From contig CM119386.1 of the NCBI GenBank assembly GCA_051294905.1, forward strand, positions 10,478,001 through 10,542,000: a stretch of 64,000 nt of DNA, in the 5' to 3' direction. Below the pieces are notes generated by a model, which did not search any database, was not told where the DNA came from, and saw only the letters and a program-made list of their open reading frames with translations. Source of the DNA: Botryllus schlosseri (lineage: Eukaryota). This document shows, piece after piece, positions 36,801 to 48,800 of this stretch (the first letter of the stretch is position 1; each line of letters opens with the position of its first letter). Both the position numbers and the translations under genes were made by a program.

Positions 36801-39800
36801 TTGATTCTGCAAAAACGATGTTGGTACAGATGTTTCACGCTGCGTTTTTGCCATCCCACAGGTTTGTGGAATGATGATAACTGCGGACGAACTCACGGGT
36901 ACATCTGCAAGAAACTGATAGGATCGCCCCCCGGCCCGGTAGATCCGACCCCGCCAGTTCCCGGGGGATGTCCTAACGTAAGACATTTTCCGATTGCTAG
37001 AATGTCCTCTGAAGTACTCGTAAGAGAAGCGCTCATAAGAAAATACATGGATTCTCAATTTGCCGTTGCATTTTTGAAGTTATGAGCTAGGTGGCATCAA
37101 GTCATCAAATGTGTTTATATGCTATCGTAACTAGTTGATGCGAGGTTGTAGTTGTGTCCATATTTGCTTACAATCTCCTGTGTTCTGGCTTGACATGAAG
37201 ATCTTGGGATCGCATGGCAGGCACCAGTCTGTACCGTTATACTGATATCCTGCCCACCAATATTATTGTTCACGTCTTTTTGTTTTTGGTATTATTATTT
37301 TAAACACTGGTCCTCAGGTTTGTTTGTTATGATCGTTGACGAATCAATAAAATCTCTCTCAAATTGATCTGTCGGATGCTTTTCGATTTTATCGATGTAT
37401 ATTTATATGGAATCAACGTAGCTAAAATTGCGGCAATTTCCCAATCTTCTGCGCCAATTGATCAATTTCCCTGCCACGTTAACGTGACTTTTGACGTAAT
37501 ACCAGGGCTGGATGTTGTATGGAAGCAAGTGTTTCTTGGCAGTTGGCTGGACCGACACGTCCATGAGGAGAACGTGGCGCGATTCGGAGTCTTATTGTAA
37601 CGAACAGGGTGGATTTTTAGCGTCGGTCCCCAATCAGTACTACAACGGTACGTCAATCTTTTTATACTCGGTAACTAGCTTCATAACTTGTAAGGTAACG
37701 TCGCGCAGTGCCGTTTTTGTGGTTTGACGTATTTCTGCGATCATGTCGAGGGGAGTTGTAGTTCCTGTAGCTTAGGAGTCGAGCATAATGCGGCCCGCAA
37801 CAGGATTTTACAGGGACCGCACACAGTTTCCGCACTTGCATGATGATGCATTCCGCGGCCACAGTCTGCCGTATTCCCTCACTAGTTGCTCACTGCGTCA
37901 AACTGCAGTGAATAATAAGTTATTCTCGAGTTCCTACTATAAAGGTTCCTACTGCATTTGGCGTGCAGACAGAGTTAAGGGGCTTATTGACAACTTGAAT
38001 TCGATTTATTGAATGCTGTTTCTGAAGTTGTAGTTAGCATTTAACGCATAGGTAAAGGTATAGGTAAAGTAAAAAAGGAGTAGGTAATGTATAGGTAAAG
38101 AAAGACACGATAAATGTATCCATTCAGAAATCCGGGCCCGTAAAGTACTTCATATTCCCATATCAGGCCCCGCTGTCCTTCCAAGGAAAACCCACTGATA
38201 TACGAACGGTTTACTAGGCTTTTATCAACTAAAAGTGGAATATACTATGCCAGAAAGAATGAAAATGTTGAAATACAAGTAAATCAGGAAACACATGCTA
38301 CTGTAGAAACACCCTACACCAGAATAATCAACCAACTGAATGACATACGGTCTAAATCAGGGGTTCTCAGCCCTTTCTTGGCCGTGGCCCATTTTCCAGT
38401 TAGAAAATGTGCTGTGGCCCACCTCTTATTTAAGAGTCATAATCCCGTTAAATGCGTGTTAATCGACGGCGCCGATATGCCTATTTCTCCAACATATGCG
38501 CATTTTACTCCTAATTTACTGATGATAATTAAATCTAGACTTCTCGGAACATGAAATCCCGCAAAGCGCAACGAAAATTTTTAGGTTGAATAAATATCCT
38601 CCAACAAACAACCAACGAAATAATCTTGAGCCCCTTCGAGCTCCCCCAATTTGGGGTTTGGGTGCGGCAGTTACGGCCCTGGTAGATCATAGGCTACATC
38701 TCCTGTGTATATTATGACCGTCCACTGCTCCATTCACGTCGCGAAACACAATGATCAACTCGTGGCATCCACTGTGTGATTGGGGTTTTAGTTCAACTAT
38801 CGTGGGGAATAATATAATCATTCTGGGCCAGCTTCAAACAATTCATTAATGAATGGAGTACTTCAGAGAAGTGGAGAAATAGTTTTTTAATATGCATGCT
38901 GTACAATGTACATTGTATGTCTTGTAACAAACCAACTGAAGTTGCAATGTCAGAATATTCAATCCAATGATACAATCAATTCATGTGACTCTTATTACAT
39001 TATGTACAATGATTTACAGGCCGGACATTTTAAACCTACTCCAAAGATTAATGCGCTCCGCTATAAATCTTCAATCCATTACGATTCGTTGCGGTGGTGC
39101 AGTATACCTTCACCAGAAGTTGCTAATAATTTGCAATTATGGCTATTTTTATCTTACAATATTAGGACCTGCCGAAGTACTGTAAATCTATACATCAATT
39201 ACACTTCATTCCCAGTTTAATGCACACCCCTTTTAACGGCATACGACATATGACCCTGCCGGAGTACTTGGTTACTTCAGCATTACCTTCCACTTATTAT
39301 ATACTCGAAATTATTTTAGTTGCTGTTAGCCGTAGGTTGTCATAACCATCGGAAAAAGTCGCCGTTTGTCGCTCCTGTTTTCTACATGTACATAATGACT
39401 CCATGTGCCACTGCGTCTCATTAGAATCGGATGAAGAGGTTTATGAATATATTTTTATATACATTTTAATAATATATTCATAATAAAATATATTAAAACC
39501 CAAAGCTTTTCGAGCTGACACTTTTCAAGGGCAATCGTCAGCATATGGAGGATTTCAAAAACATGCATCTAGCTACATTGCAAACAACCAATTATGACGT
39601 CATAGAAACAAACAACATGAAATACAGGCAAACCGCGAGCGCAGCTAGTGGCCAATTTTTAGATTCACTAAAAATTCCTTCTGCTGACACAAGCGCGGTC
39701 GGTGGATTTTAATATAAGTCGATTCCAGTGCAGACAGATGGAAATTAGTGCGGCCTCTGCCTAATATAGAAAATCTTTCATTGCGATAGTTTTTAGCGCA

Positions 39801-42800
39801 AGTTGCATTCTCAGCCAAACGCTTGCCGATGGCAGAGTTCATAGCCATGGCCTGATTACGTTCTAGTAATCGCAGATCAGTTAAAGCTGCGTCTTCGCGA
39901 GAGTCCAATGTGCGTGATCTAATAACGCTAGGAACATGTTGTTTGATGCGTTCCTGCAAGCGCTGAGTTGTTCTTCCCACGTACCGACAATCACAGTGGT
40001 ACTTGAAATCATAGACTATATTGCTTTGTTGAGAAGCAGGAAGAACATCTTTGCGCGTTGCAGGAAGCATTTGTTTGGTGGTAAACACAACATTAGTTTT
40101 TACATTATCGTAACAGCGATTTACAGCAGAAATCAATTGCTTTTCAAACCGGGAAGAGATGGGGCCCAGCCATGGTAAATGTATATATACATTTTCCTCA
40201 GACCGTGTGTTCGTGTTTTGTGATTTGTTCGGATTGAAATTCCTGAGTTTTCTGTCAACAGAACTCTTGATGATGTGTTCGGGGTACCCGTTACCGATTA
40301 GAATTTTGCGGATATATTCTAGCTCCGCGTTTAATTTTTCATCCGAACAAATCATCAAGGCTCTGTGCACCAACGTGCCAATCAAATTTAGTTTACGGCG
40401 ATTCGGGCTAAAAGAATTCCAGCGTATATAATGCCCTGTAAACGTTGGCTTCCGGTAAATCGATGTGACAAAGCTAGTACCCCGTTTTTCCACTAGAACG
40501 TCTAAGAATGGTAGCGAGTTAGCACGCTCTTTTTCAAATGTGAATTTTAAAGACGAATGTAGAGAATTCAAGTTATCAAAGAAGTCATCGAACTCCGTCT
40601 CATCTTGACAGATAACGAAGGTGTCGTCGACATAGCGACGGTACATGAATGGATGCTTGGTTTCATCTGCCGCGAAAAGTCTGTTTTCATGGAATCCCAC
40701 AAATATATTGGCTAAAATCGGGCCAAGAGGGCTACCCATAGCTACGCTGTCGGTTTGCATGTAGATGGTATCGTTAAAACTAAACTCAACAGAGCAAGTA
40801 GCCGTATTAAGAAGTTCAACGAACACTTTACGCGAGAAGGAAGGTGGTGCTAAATCACCTCCACCATATAGCGCGTCCACACAGATATCAATGGTCTCCT
40901 TCAGCGGCACGTTCGTGAAGAGGCTAACGATATCATATGAACCGAGAAACATATTCGAGTTTGGAAGGTCGGTGGTTTTCATCTCGTGCGCGAATGTAAA
41001 CGAATCAGCGACGCAATGCGAATCATACATGGAACGCACTGGTTCCAAAATACAGATAAGCCACTTCGCGAGCTTGTGCTGCGCCGATCCAACCATAGAA
41101 AGAATTGGTCGAACGGGCACTTGGTTTTATGAGTTTTTGGCAGTCCGTACATACGTGGCCTTTGTGCCCCGACCGGTCTGATGGAGGCGTAGACCTCAGG
41201 TGTTATTGAGCCGTTTTTCTTGAGGCTGAATAGTCGGCGCTGTATCCGTCTTTCGATCTTGGCGATGTTATCGAATTCCGCAGCGGGACCAAGTGTCTTG
41301 AATTTTGATTCGTCACCCAAGATTGCTTCCATTTTGAGTATGTAATCCCGTTTGTTTAGGATTACAACCCCAGAGCCCTTATCCGGTTTGCTAATGTGAA
41401 TGTCTGGATTTTGTCGCAATGCTTTTATGGCACGCAAAGATGGCACGCAAAGATGTTCTTCCTGCTTCTCAACAAAGCAATATAGTCTATGATTTCAAGT
41501 GCCACTGTGATTGTCGGTACGTGGGAAGAACAACTCAGCGCTTGCAGGAACGCATCAAACAACATGTTCCTAGCGTTATTAGATCACGCACATTGGACTC
41601 TCGCGAAGACGCAGCTTTAACTGATCTGCGATTACTAGAACGTAATCAGGCCATGGCTAGCACGGCAAGCATTTGGCTGAGAATGCAACTTGCGCTAAAA
41701 ACTATCGCGATGAAAGATTTTCTATATTAGGCAGAGGCCGCACTAATTTCCATCTGTCTGCACTGGAATCGACTTATATTAAAATCCACCGACCGCGCTT
41801 GTGTCAGCAGAAGGAATTTTTAGTGAATCTAAAAATTGGCCACTAGCTGCGCTCGCGGTTTGCCTGTATTTCATGTTGTTTGTTTCTATGACGTCATAAT
41901 TGGTTGTTTCCAATGTAGCTAGATGCATGTTTTTGAAATCCTCCATATGCTGACGATTGCCCTTGAAAAGTGTCAGCTCGAAAAGCTTCGGGTTTTAATA
42001 TATTTTATTATGAATATATTATTAAAATGTATATTAAAGTTCTGTACCCCAAAGAGTCTCTTCGAATATATTTTTAGCGTTTAACATAACAAATATAACT
42101 AAACTTACATTATTTCTAAAATTTTCTAAATAGCTTTGTGGCCCACCTCAAATGCTCCTGTGGCCCACCCTTTGAGATCCCCTGGTCTAAATAATTACAA
42201 ACGGAAATGAGACAAAGGCAGACACGTAACGGATACATAAAACACCGCACCCGCCGACTAAAGAAGTTACCCACACTTGCCGTTGGTCATACTGTACTAA
42301 CCTCTGGAATTTGAGCCGAATGAATAATATATCACCGTTTGCGCTACGTCACAAGATAATTATTGCAGAATCGCAAACGCCAACTTTGAATGAATCGGTG
42401 TGTTCTATAAATATCAAAAACTTATTTATGTACACTTATATATATATGTAAGTTGCATCCCCTCTCCGTGCCTGACCTTTATATACAATCTGATGTCAAT
42501 TGAATCTTGATTACAAACTTTGAACTTATCAGGGTGTTTTATAGATCTCAAAAACTCATATGTGAACATTTCTATACATATACACTTCTACATATACATA
42601 ATTTCAAATATGTGTGCTTGAACTTTCTATATGGTTAGTGTGTTCTACAAGTCTTGAAAGTACATTTACGTACCTTGAAAAGGGCGCTAACTACAAATTT
42701 GGTAATTGGGTGGGGGCTGGGAGTAAACGCAGGTACTATAAACTATGAAAAAGAGATTCGGGAAATCCGTTAATCAAAAACACTCCCACCAAAGTCAGAT

Positions 42801-45800
42801 TTCCGAAATTATGACTCGATTACGCTGCCTACGTACCTCGCATGCGAAATCCAGATTTCAAAATAAAGACGATATGGCAAAGTATTAGCAAAAATGAAAT
42901 TCACGAGAAATCAGTATTTCCATATGGTTTAGGTCAAACCGTCTTTGTTGCCATTGTCACGTAACGTATATGGTACGTGTTTCAAATTGTTAGGTGAGAC
43001 GTTTCCAAATCCCTAATTCATAAAACAAGTCATATCTATCACCCATAAAGGATGAACGGGCATGTCAAAAAGAGAAAGCCGAAAGCTGCAATTCAAAGAA
43101 GGTTTAGAGCGCTAAATATTTGTATGCTGGATTTGGGGTAAACCCGTCCTTTTAGGTTTTGCCGAGCATGTCGCCGAGATTAAGGATTTTAATTATGACA
43201 AATCACGAAACACTCGGTCAAGGGAGGGTGAATTTCAGAAAAAGCTGCAAACTTTGCTAAAAATCAAGGCTATTTGAGCTGCACACTGCTCGGAATGCAA
43301 CGAACAAGACAAGCTTTTTACTTTCCCATATACAATTCCGTGCAGTTGCAGTAGATTGCGATTTACTCCCAGCCGTTAGTAGTAGTAACCTGTAGTACCG
43401 TTATTGCTCTCTGTATTGTCCGACTTTGATATTACAGAATTTTGTCATCAACAGCCATAACCTTCCATGCCATCGAACTATCCGTCAGGATTTCTAGCAT
43501 TCTGGTTGCTCTTTTTAAAATGTTGTGATATCTTGATAGGGGGGGGGCGTGAAATTTTTCACTATCATAAAGGGAGGCGTGTCAAAAAAAGTTTGAGAGC
43601 CATTGTTTTAGTATTTTAATAGAAGAACGTGTATATGGGTTTAAAGAGAGTTAAAAATGTATCATGTTTAACATTGTTTCGAATCATGACGGAAAATATA
43701 TATTTTTAATTAACCGCCACTTTCTCATTACCTAACATCAACACATATGCCCCGAGCAGCGTTTATTACCAATGTAATTTAGAAATAAAATTAAAATACG
43801 CTGGACAATACAGCTAAAAATTTTCACCTGGCCTGCTAACGTATTTCTACTTACCATTTGGCCCGCGAAGGCAAATAATTGCTGACCCCCAGTTCAAAAC
43901 TTGATTCTTCCATGTCACTTTAAAAAGTTGTTTTTTTCAGCGTTCCTGTCGTCGCAGATGTATCAGCTTCACACCAGCGCGTGGATTGGTCTCAGCACAA
44001 TCGGGAGCAACCGGGTCTTTTTGTGGTCAGACAACGAAGACGTTACTTATACTAACTGGGCTACGAATGAACCCAACGATCAAGGGGTACTGCGCCTTAC
44101 CTCTATGAGAGATATGAATAGATCTACTGCAAGACTTTATAATGCTTTCCATAGTGCAAAATCGTTGAATCGTTGCCTTATGGTAGTTAATTTTGATTAT
44201 TCCTGTCAACAGCGATTATAATTGTGTAATAATAATATCACTCGATACATGTAATTTAACACAGACCGAAGAGTGTGTCGAAATGTACACATCGGGAAGG
44301 TGGAACGACCAAAGTTGCGATGACGTACGTCCATTCTTTTGCAACGTCTGGCGAGATGCTCAATACTCGGAACGTAACTATCTCACACTTTTCTCTAATT
44401 TAAACGACACAACGAATGTCACACGCCTTACAGCCGATCCCGATACAACCGGGTGCCCGTCCGGCTATACACGGTGGGACACTGGATGTTACAAACTCTA
44501 TTCGGATGCTGCGGAGCAGCTGTCTTGGTCAGACGCGAGAGATAAGTGCCGCGCGGATGGAACTCAATTTGGTGAGAGCGTGTTACAACCTGAGATGAGC
44601 TGTATTAGTTTATTGAATTCAGTTCTGTGGACTGGTGATCGTGCTTAGTTTTCTCAATCCATTTCTGTAATCGATAGATTACTATGCGTATATGGCCGGG
44701 TCCGAGGCACTTCTGAATCACTCTGTGATACATAACTTCGCAACCTAACCGCTTAACCTTTACCTTTAAAACTACGACTGCATTCTTTCTTCTTTCACTC
44801 GTACCGAGTCAAATAGTGTGAAATTGTGACAGCCTTGATCACTTCTGACCTCAAACAACTGATTGAGGGTACAAAACTACAAGAAAACTTCTGTTGTAGC
44901 TGATTTTAAGAACTTGAATGGTTCGTGTACTTCCGATCAAGATGACGAGAATAGTGGTGATTTCGAATGTAAACCGCTATGGTGAAATGTGACATATCTC
45001 TTGTTCTTATATCTCAACTTTTCCGGGATTGCATGGAGGGGTGTTGCAAAACTTGGGAAGCCTTACAATATGCTATAGCTGCACCTTCCTTGTCTGGTGC
45101 CATATGTACATCATGCACTCATGGTATGCACAGATTGTGTGTGTATATCATGAGTCGGTGTATATGCGGCGGGACAAAAATAGATAACGTCCTATTCCTA
45201 ATCGCACATTGTAACTTTATTGGATTTTAATTGATATCGATAGACGTGGTACACATCAATTTTTCCAGTTTGTTTTCAATGGAAGTCGTTTTTTCTAGCG
45301 ATATTCCACTTTCTGTGAGATATTATCTCATCGTAGTTCAGCTCTGTGTATCATTTCCTCATCATTAGTCACATAAATAAATAATTTTGATTTCCAGGAT
45401 TGACTATCGAACTTGCCAGCGTCTGGAATGACTTTGAGAATTCGTATCTGAAGTCTCTGTTCTGGCCCGAAGTGGACTACGATATTTCTTGGATCGGATT
45501 GTACTACGATCATGTAAACATATATTATGCTGTGAAGTCATTTGAATTCCAACGCTACATTTAAGATATCATTTTATTGTGTGTGCTCGTTACAAGTGGC
45601 ATCCCATTGGCGATGAGACTTGTGAATTGATCAGCAGATTTCATAGGAAAGCTGTCATTTGGAGATTCGCATTATTCTGGTGTTTGGATAATCTTTGTGC
45701 GTATCTGAAAAGTTTTAGCGCTAGTCTCTCACCAGCTTTCTAGTGTTTACCTGCTATTATTGTCTGACGTGATCGGGAGCAAAGTAGCCTACTTGTTTTG

Positions 45801-48800
45801 AGTTTTCAAGTAGACTTTATCTACTCAATTGGTTATGTTTTCTGGCAACTTCCATCTCTGCTTCGACAGTTTTTGGAGACGAACATATTACTTTCTCACA
45901 TTTGCGAATTTGTAGAAATTAGCGTTTGGGCAGATTTGTACCGATTTTAGGAATGACACTGTCTTGAAAACCATGCACTTTTACCCCTACACCGTGGAGG
46001 CAGGAGTTGATTCTGAAAATAGCATCTGTTTGTGGCGCCATCAGTCATTCCGCATATTTAGTCATTCCGCATCTTGCTATTTGATAGCCATTGCTTGCGA
46101 CTGACTAATGCAAGCACGCCCACGTACATGTTCAAGATACTTTCGAGACATTAAAATTTCTCGCAAATGCAAAATCCTGTACAGGATATAGATATTTAAC
46201 TGTATATCTGCTTCGCAAGTACAAACCGGTTGAATTAGGAAAATATCGAATGCAAAATTATTTCCAACAGAGTATAACCAGCGGACAGACCCAGTTCATG
46301 TGGATCGACGGTTCCGCCATGTATTTCACAAACTGGGCAACAAACCAACCGCAGGACACCTCGACAAGTACCGGATGTGGCGAAATGACAGTAGACGGCA
46401 CCTGGTCGTTGGAGGACAGCAATCATTGCAACACAAAACATTCTTTTGTATGCAAATACGAAGAATGTGAGATTGCGCCTTTTTCGCCTAGCTACTACTA
46501 GCTATCATCACTTACTATTATCGTTTCACGTCTTATGTTACAGACGTGTTTCCGACTCAAAGCCCAGGATTAGGCTTGTGCGACCCTGATTGGTTCGGCT
46601 TCGGAGACTACTGTTACTACGTAAAACCAGGTACGGTGGCTTATCATGTATGCCCAATGCCCTGTCATTATAATTTACTCAAAAACGATATATATATATA
46701 TTTGCGGATGATTTTTGTGCCGGCGGAACTATGAGACACTATCGCAATTAGATCTGTACCAAAAACTTCATTTTTGACTTTGAAACTAAATATGTTACGA
46801 TATTCGAAGTCCGAGAACTGAATGATGGACATTAGACATGCACAGTACACACTGCACAAGAAAATACGTATATTACCACAGTCAGTTTTAAATAAGCGAC
46901 GGATCCCATTGATCACACATACAGACAGCACAGTGGTCAACATAAGCGACTTACGTTCTTACGGCGACAGAAAAGCCCAGAAAAAGACCCCATGAAAGAG
47001 CGCACTGACAAGGAATGGAAAGAGCAACACAAAGCCGCAAAATAGAGACAAACATAGAAGAAAAAACTGTGATATCGGACACTAGGTGGATGTCAGTTTA
47101 AGAGACCGTGACTGGTTGTTCGGCATCCTACATTCTGTTCATTACGTCGCATTGTGTCTTATCGCATAGTACATTGTGTGTGTCTTGTTCAGACAAAAAT
47201 ATATTCTGACGATCATTATGATACATAGATTGATGCAGTGATAACTGATAAGCACTTCCCAAATTTGTTAATGTGCACAGCATCTTCTGTGACGATTAAT
47301 GAAATTTCGTGGAATGGAAATTGCTACAAAAAGGATATGCGAAATGTGTGTCTGCGGTGACATATGTCTGTCTTAGAGAGAAAGAGAGAGAGTCTTTATT
47401 TTCATCCAACCAAAATAAATAACAAATAGACGGCAATGATGGTGGTACAGAAAAAATGCATGCACACTTGCACAGTATTCAGTATCGGATAGGAATGATC
47501 GATACGACTGTGAAGGTCAACTAGTCTGATTACACACTGTTACTTCTTTAAGGCACTGGTAATCTTCATCTCTGTCATCAGTCACTTCACATTAGTGTCG
47601 CACAAGCATCTTGCAAATTCAAATGCAGCCATCTCCGATCTCTGACCTAATCTTCTTTTTGAAACTACCGGTACTTAATTCTGTAGTTTCAGACCTTTGA
47701 TTTTTTTACATCCACTTGTAGTATTGACGTCGCTGCGACGTTGACCACCTCTGCCTGTTTATGTGACAATGGAAATTGATTTTTAATTTTCTTCTGTAAG
47801 GCACCGCCATATCATGGGGAGACGCCGAGTCTACTTGCAACACCAGAGGAGGCTACCTAGTAAGCGTTCATTCCGATTTGGAAAATAAAGCCATCGATAG
47901 CTGGGCCGGCAGTCAAACCGTCTGGCTCGGACTGAAGAGAAACGCTTGGGGTATCATTTTTTGCGAAATAATCGGTACCTGTTCGAATGTGCCAATTTTT
48001 GATATCTACAGGCGGATGGGCTTGGAGCGATACTAGCGCGTTGGATTTCACGAACTGGAAAGCGGGTGAACCGAACGATTATGGCGAAACCGGTGAACAG
48101 TGCGCCGAGATGTACAAAGACGGGGTTTGGAATGATGTTGTCTGCACGAACGCAAGAGGATATATTTGCAAGAAGCATAAATGTAATCCGATATACAATT
48201 GACTATTCATATTTTCAGTTGACATTGGTCAGGGGTATAATCGTCCTCAACTATTTGAGACTTTAAAAAAACTTTGTATATCAACAGTCGTATTTCAACT
48301 TGAATATATTTTTCAATTGTACATTGAGGTTGTACCTCCACTAGTCTGTTCGGAATGTGAGATTTAATTCCTAATTCTAGACTGATTTCGTTTCCTGCCA
48401 AAAGCTTAGTCTGTATCTGGGTAATGACTGAAATTCTATTGAAATGTCATACAAAAGTTGTAAATTGATAGAAATTCCACATGTCAGATTCGAGTTGATT
48501 TCATGTTTTCCAAACCAAAATCGGTTACGGATTAGAGACTCGAATTCAAATCCTAAATTCATTTTGTATCCTGTCGAAAGCCTATCTGTAACAGGGTAAT
48601 GACTGGAATATTTTTCTAAAGTCCCATGAAAATTGTAAATTGTTTGAAATTCCATGTAAAAATCTGATTCCAGCAGGAAATAAATCATGCATCCAAATAT
48701 GATTCTCTTCCGGCCGACATCCTCAAATCAATTCCAAATCCCTGCTCATATCTGCCTGACATCAAACCTTGATAACTGCAATTGTGGTTTATCCGATTTT

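Larger units (their letters stand above)
38358..42184. mobile_element. hAT-Charlie-type element inflated by nested insertions, including the Penelope element
   Basis: Ends CAGGGGTTCTCA / TGAGATCCCCTG, GTGGCCCA subterminal repeats at both ends, exact TSD GTCTAAAT. Confidence 0.88.

Noticed and set aside
39936-41181. Plus-strand ORFs 39936-40178, 40159-40431 and 40765-41181
   Set aside because: Antisense shadows of the Penelope RT ORF.
41419-41730. ORF 41419-41730 as an independent GIY-YIG gene
   Set aside because: It is the inverted duplicate of the element's 3' end and has a frameshifting 10-bp deletion.
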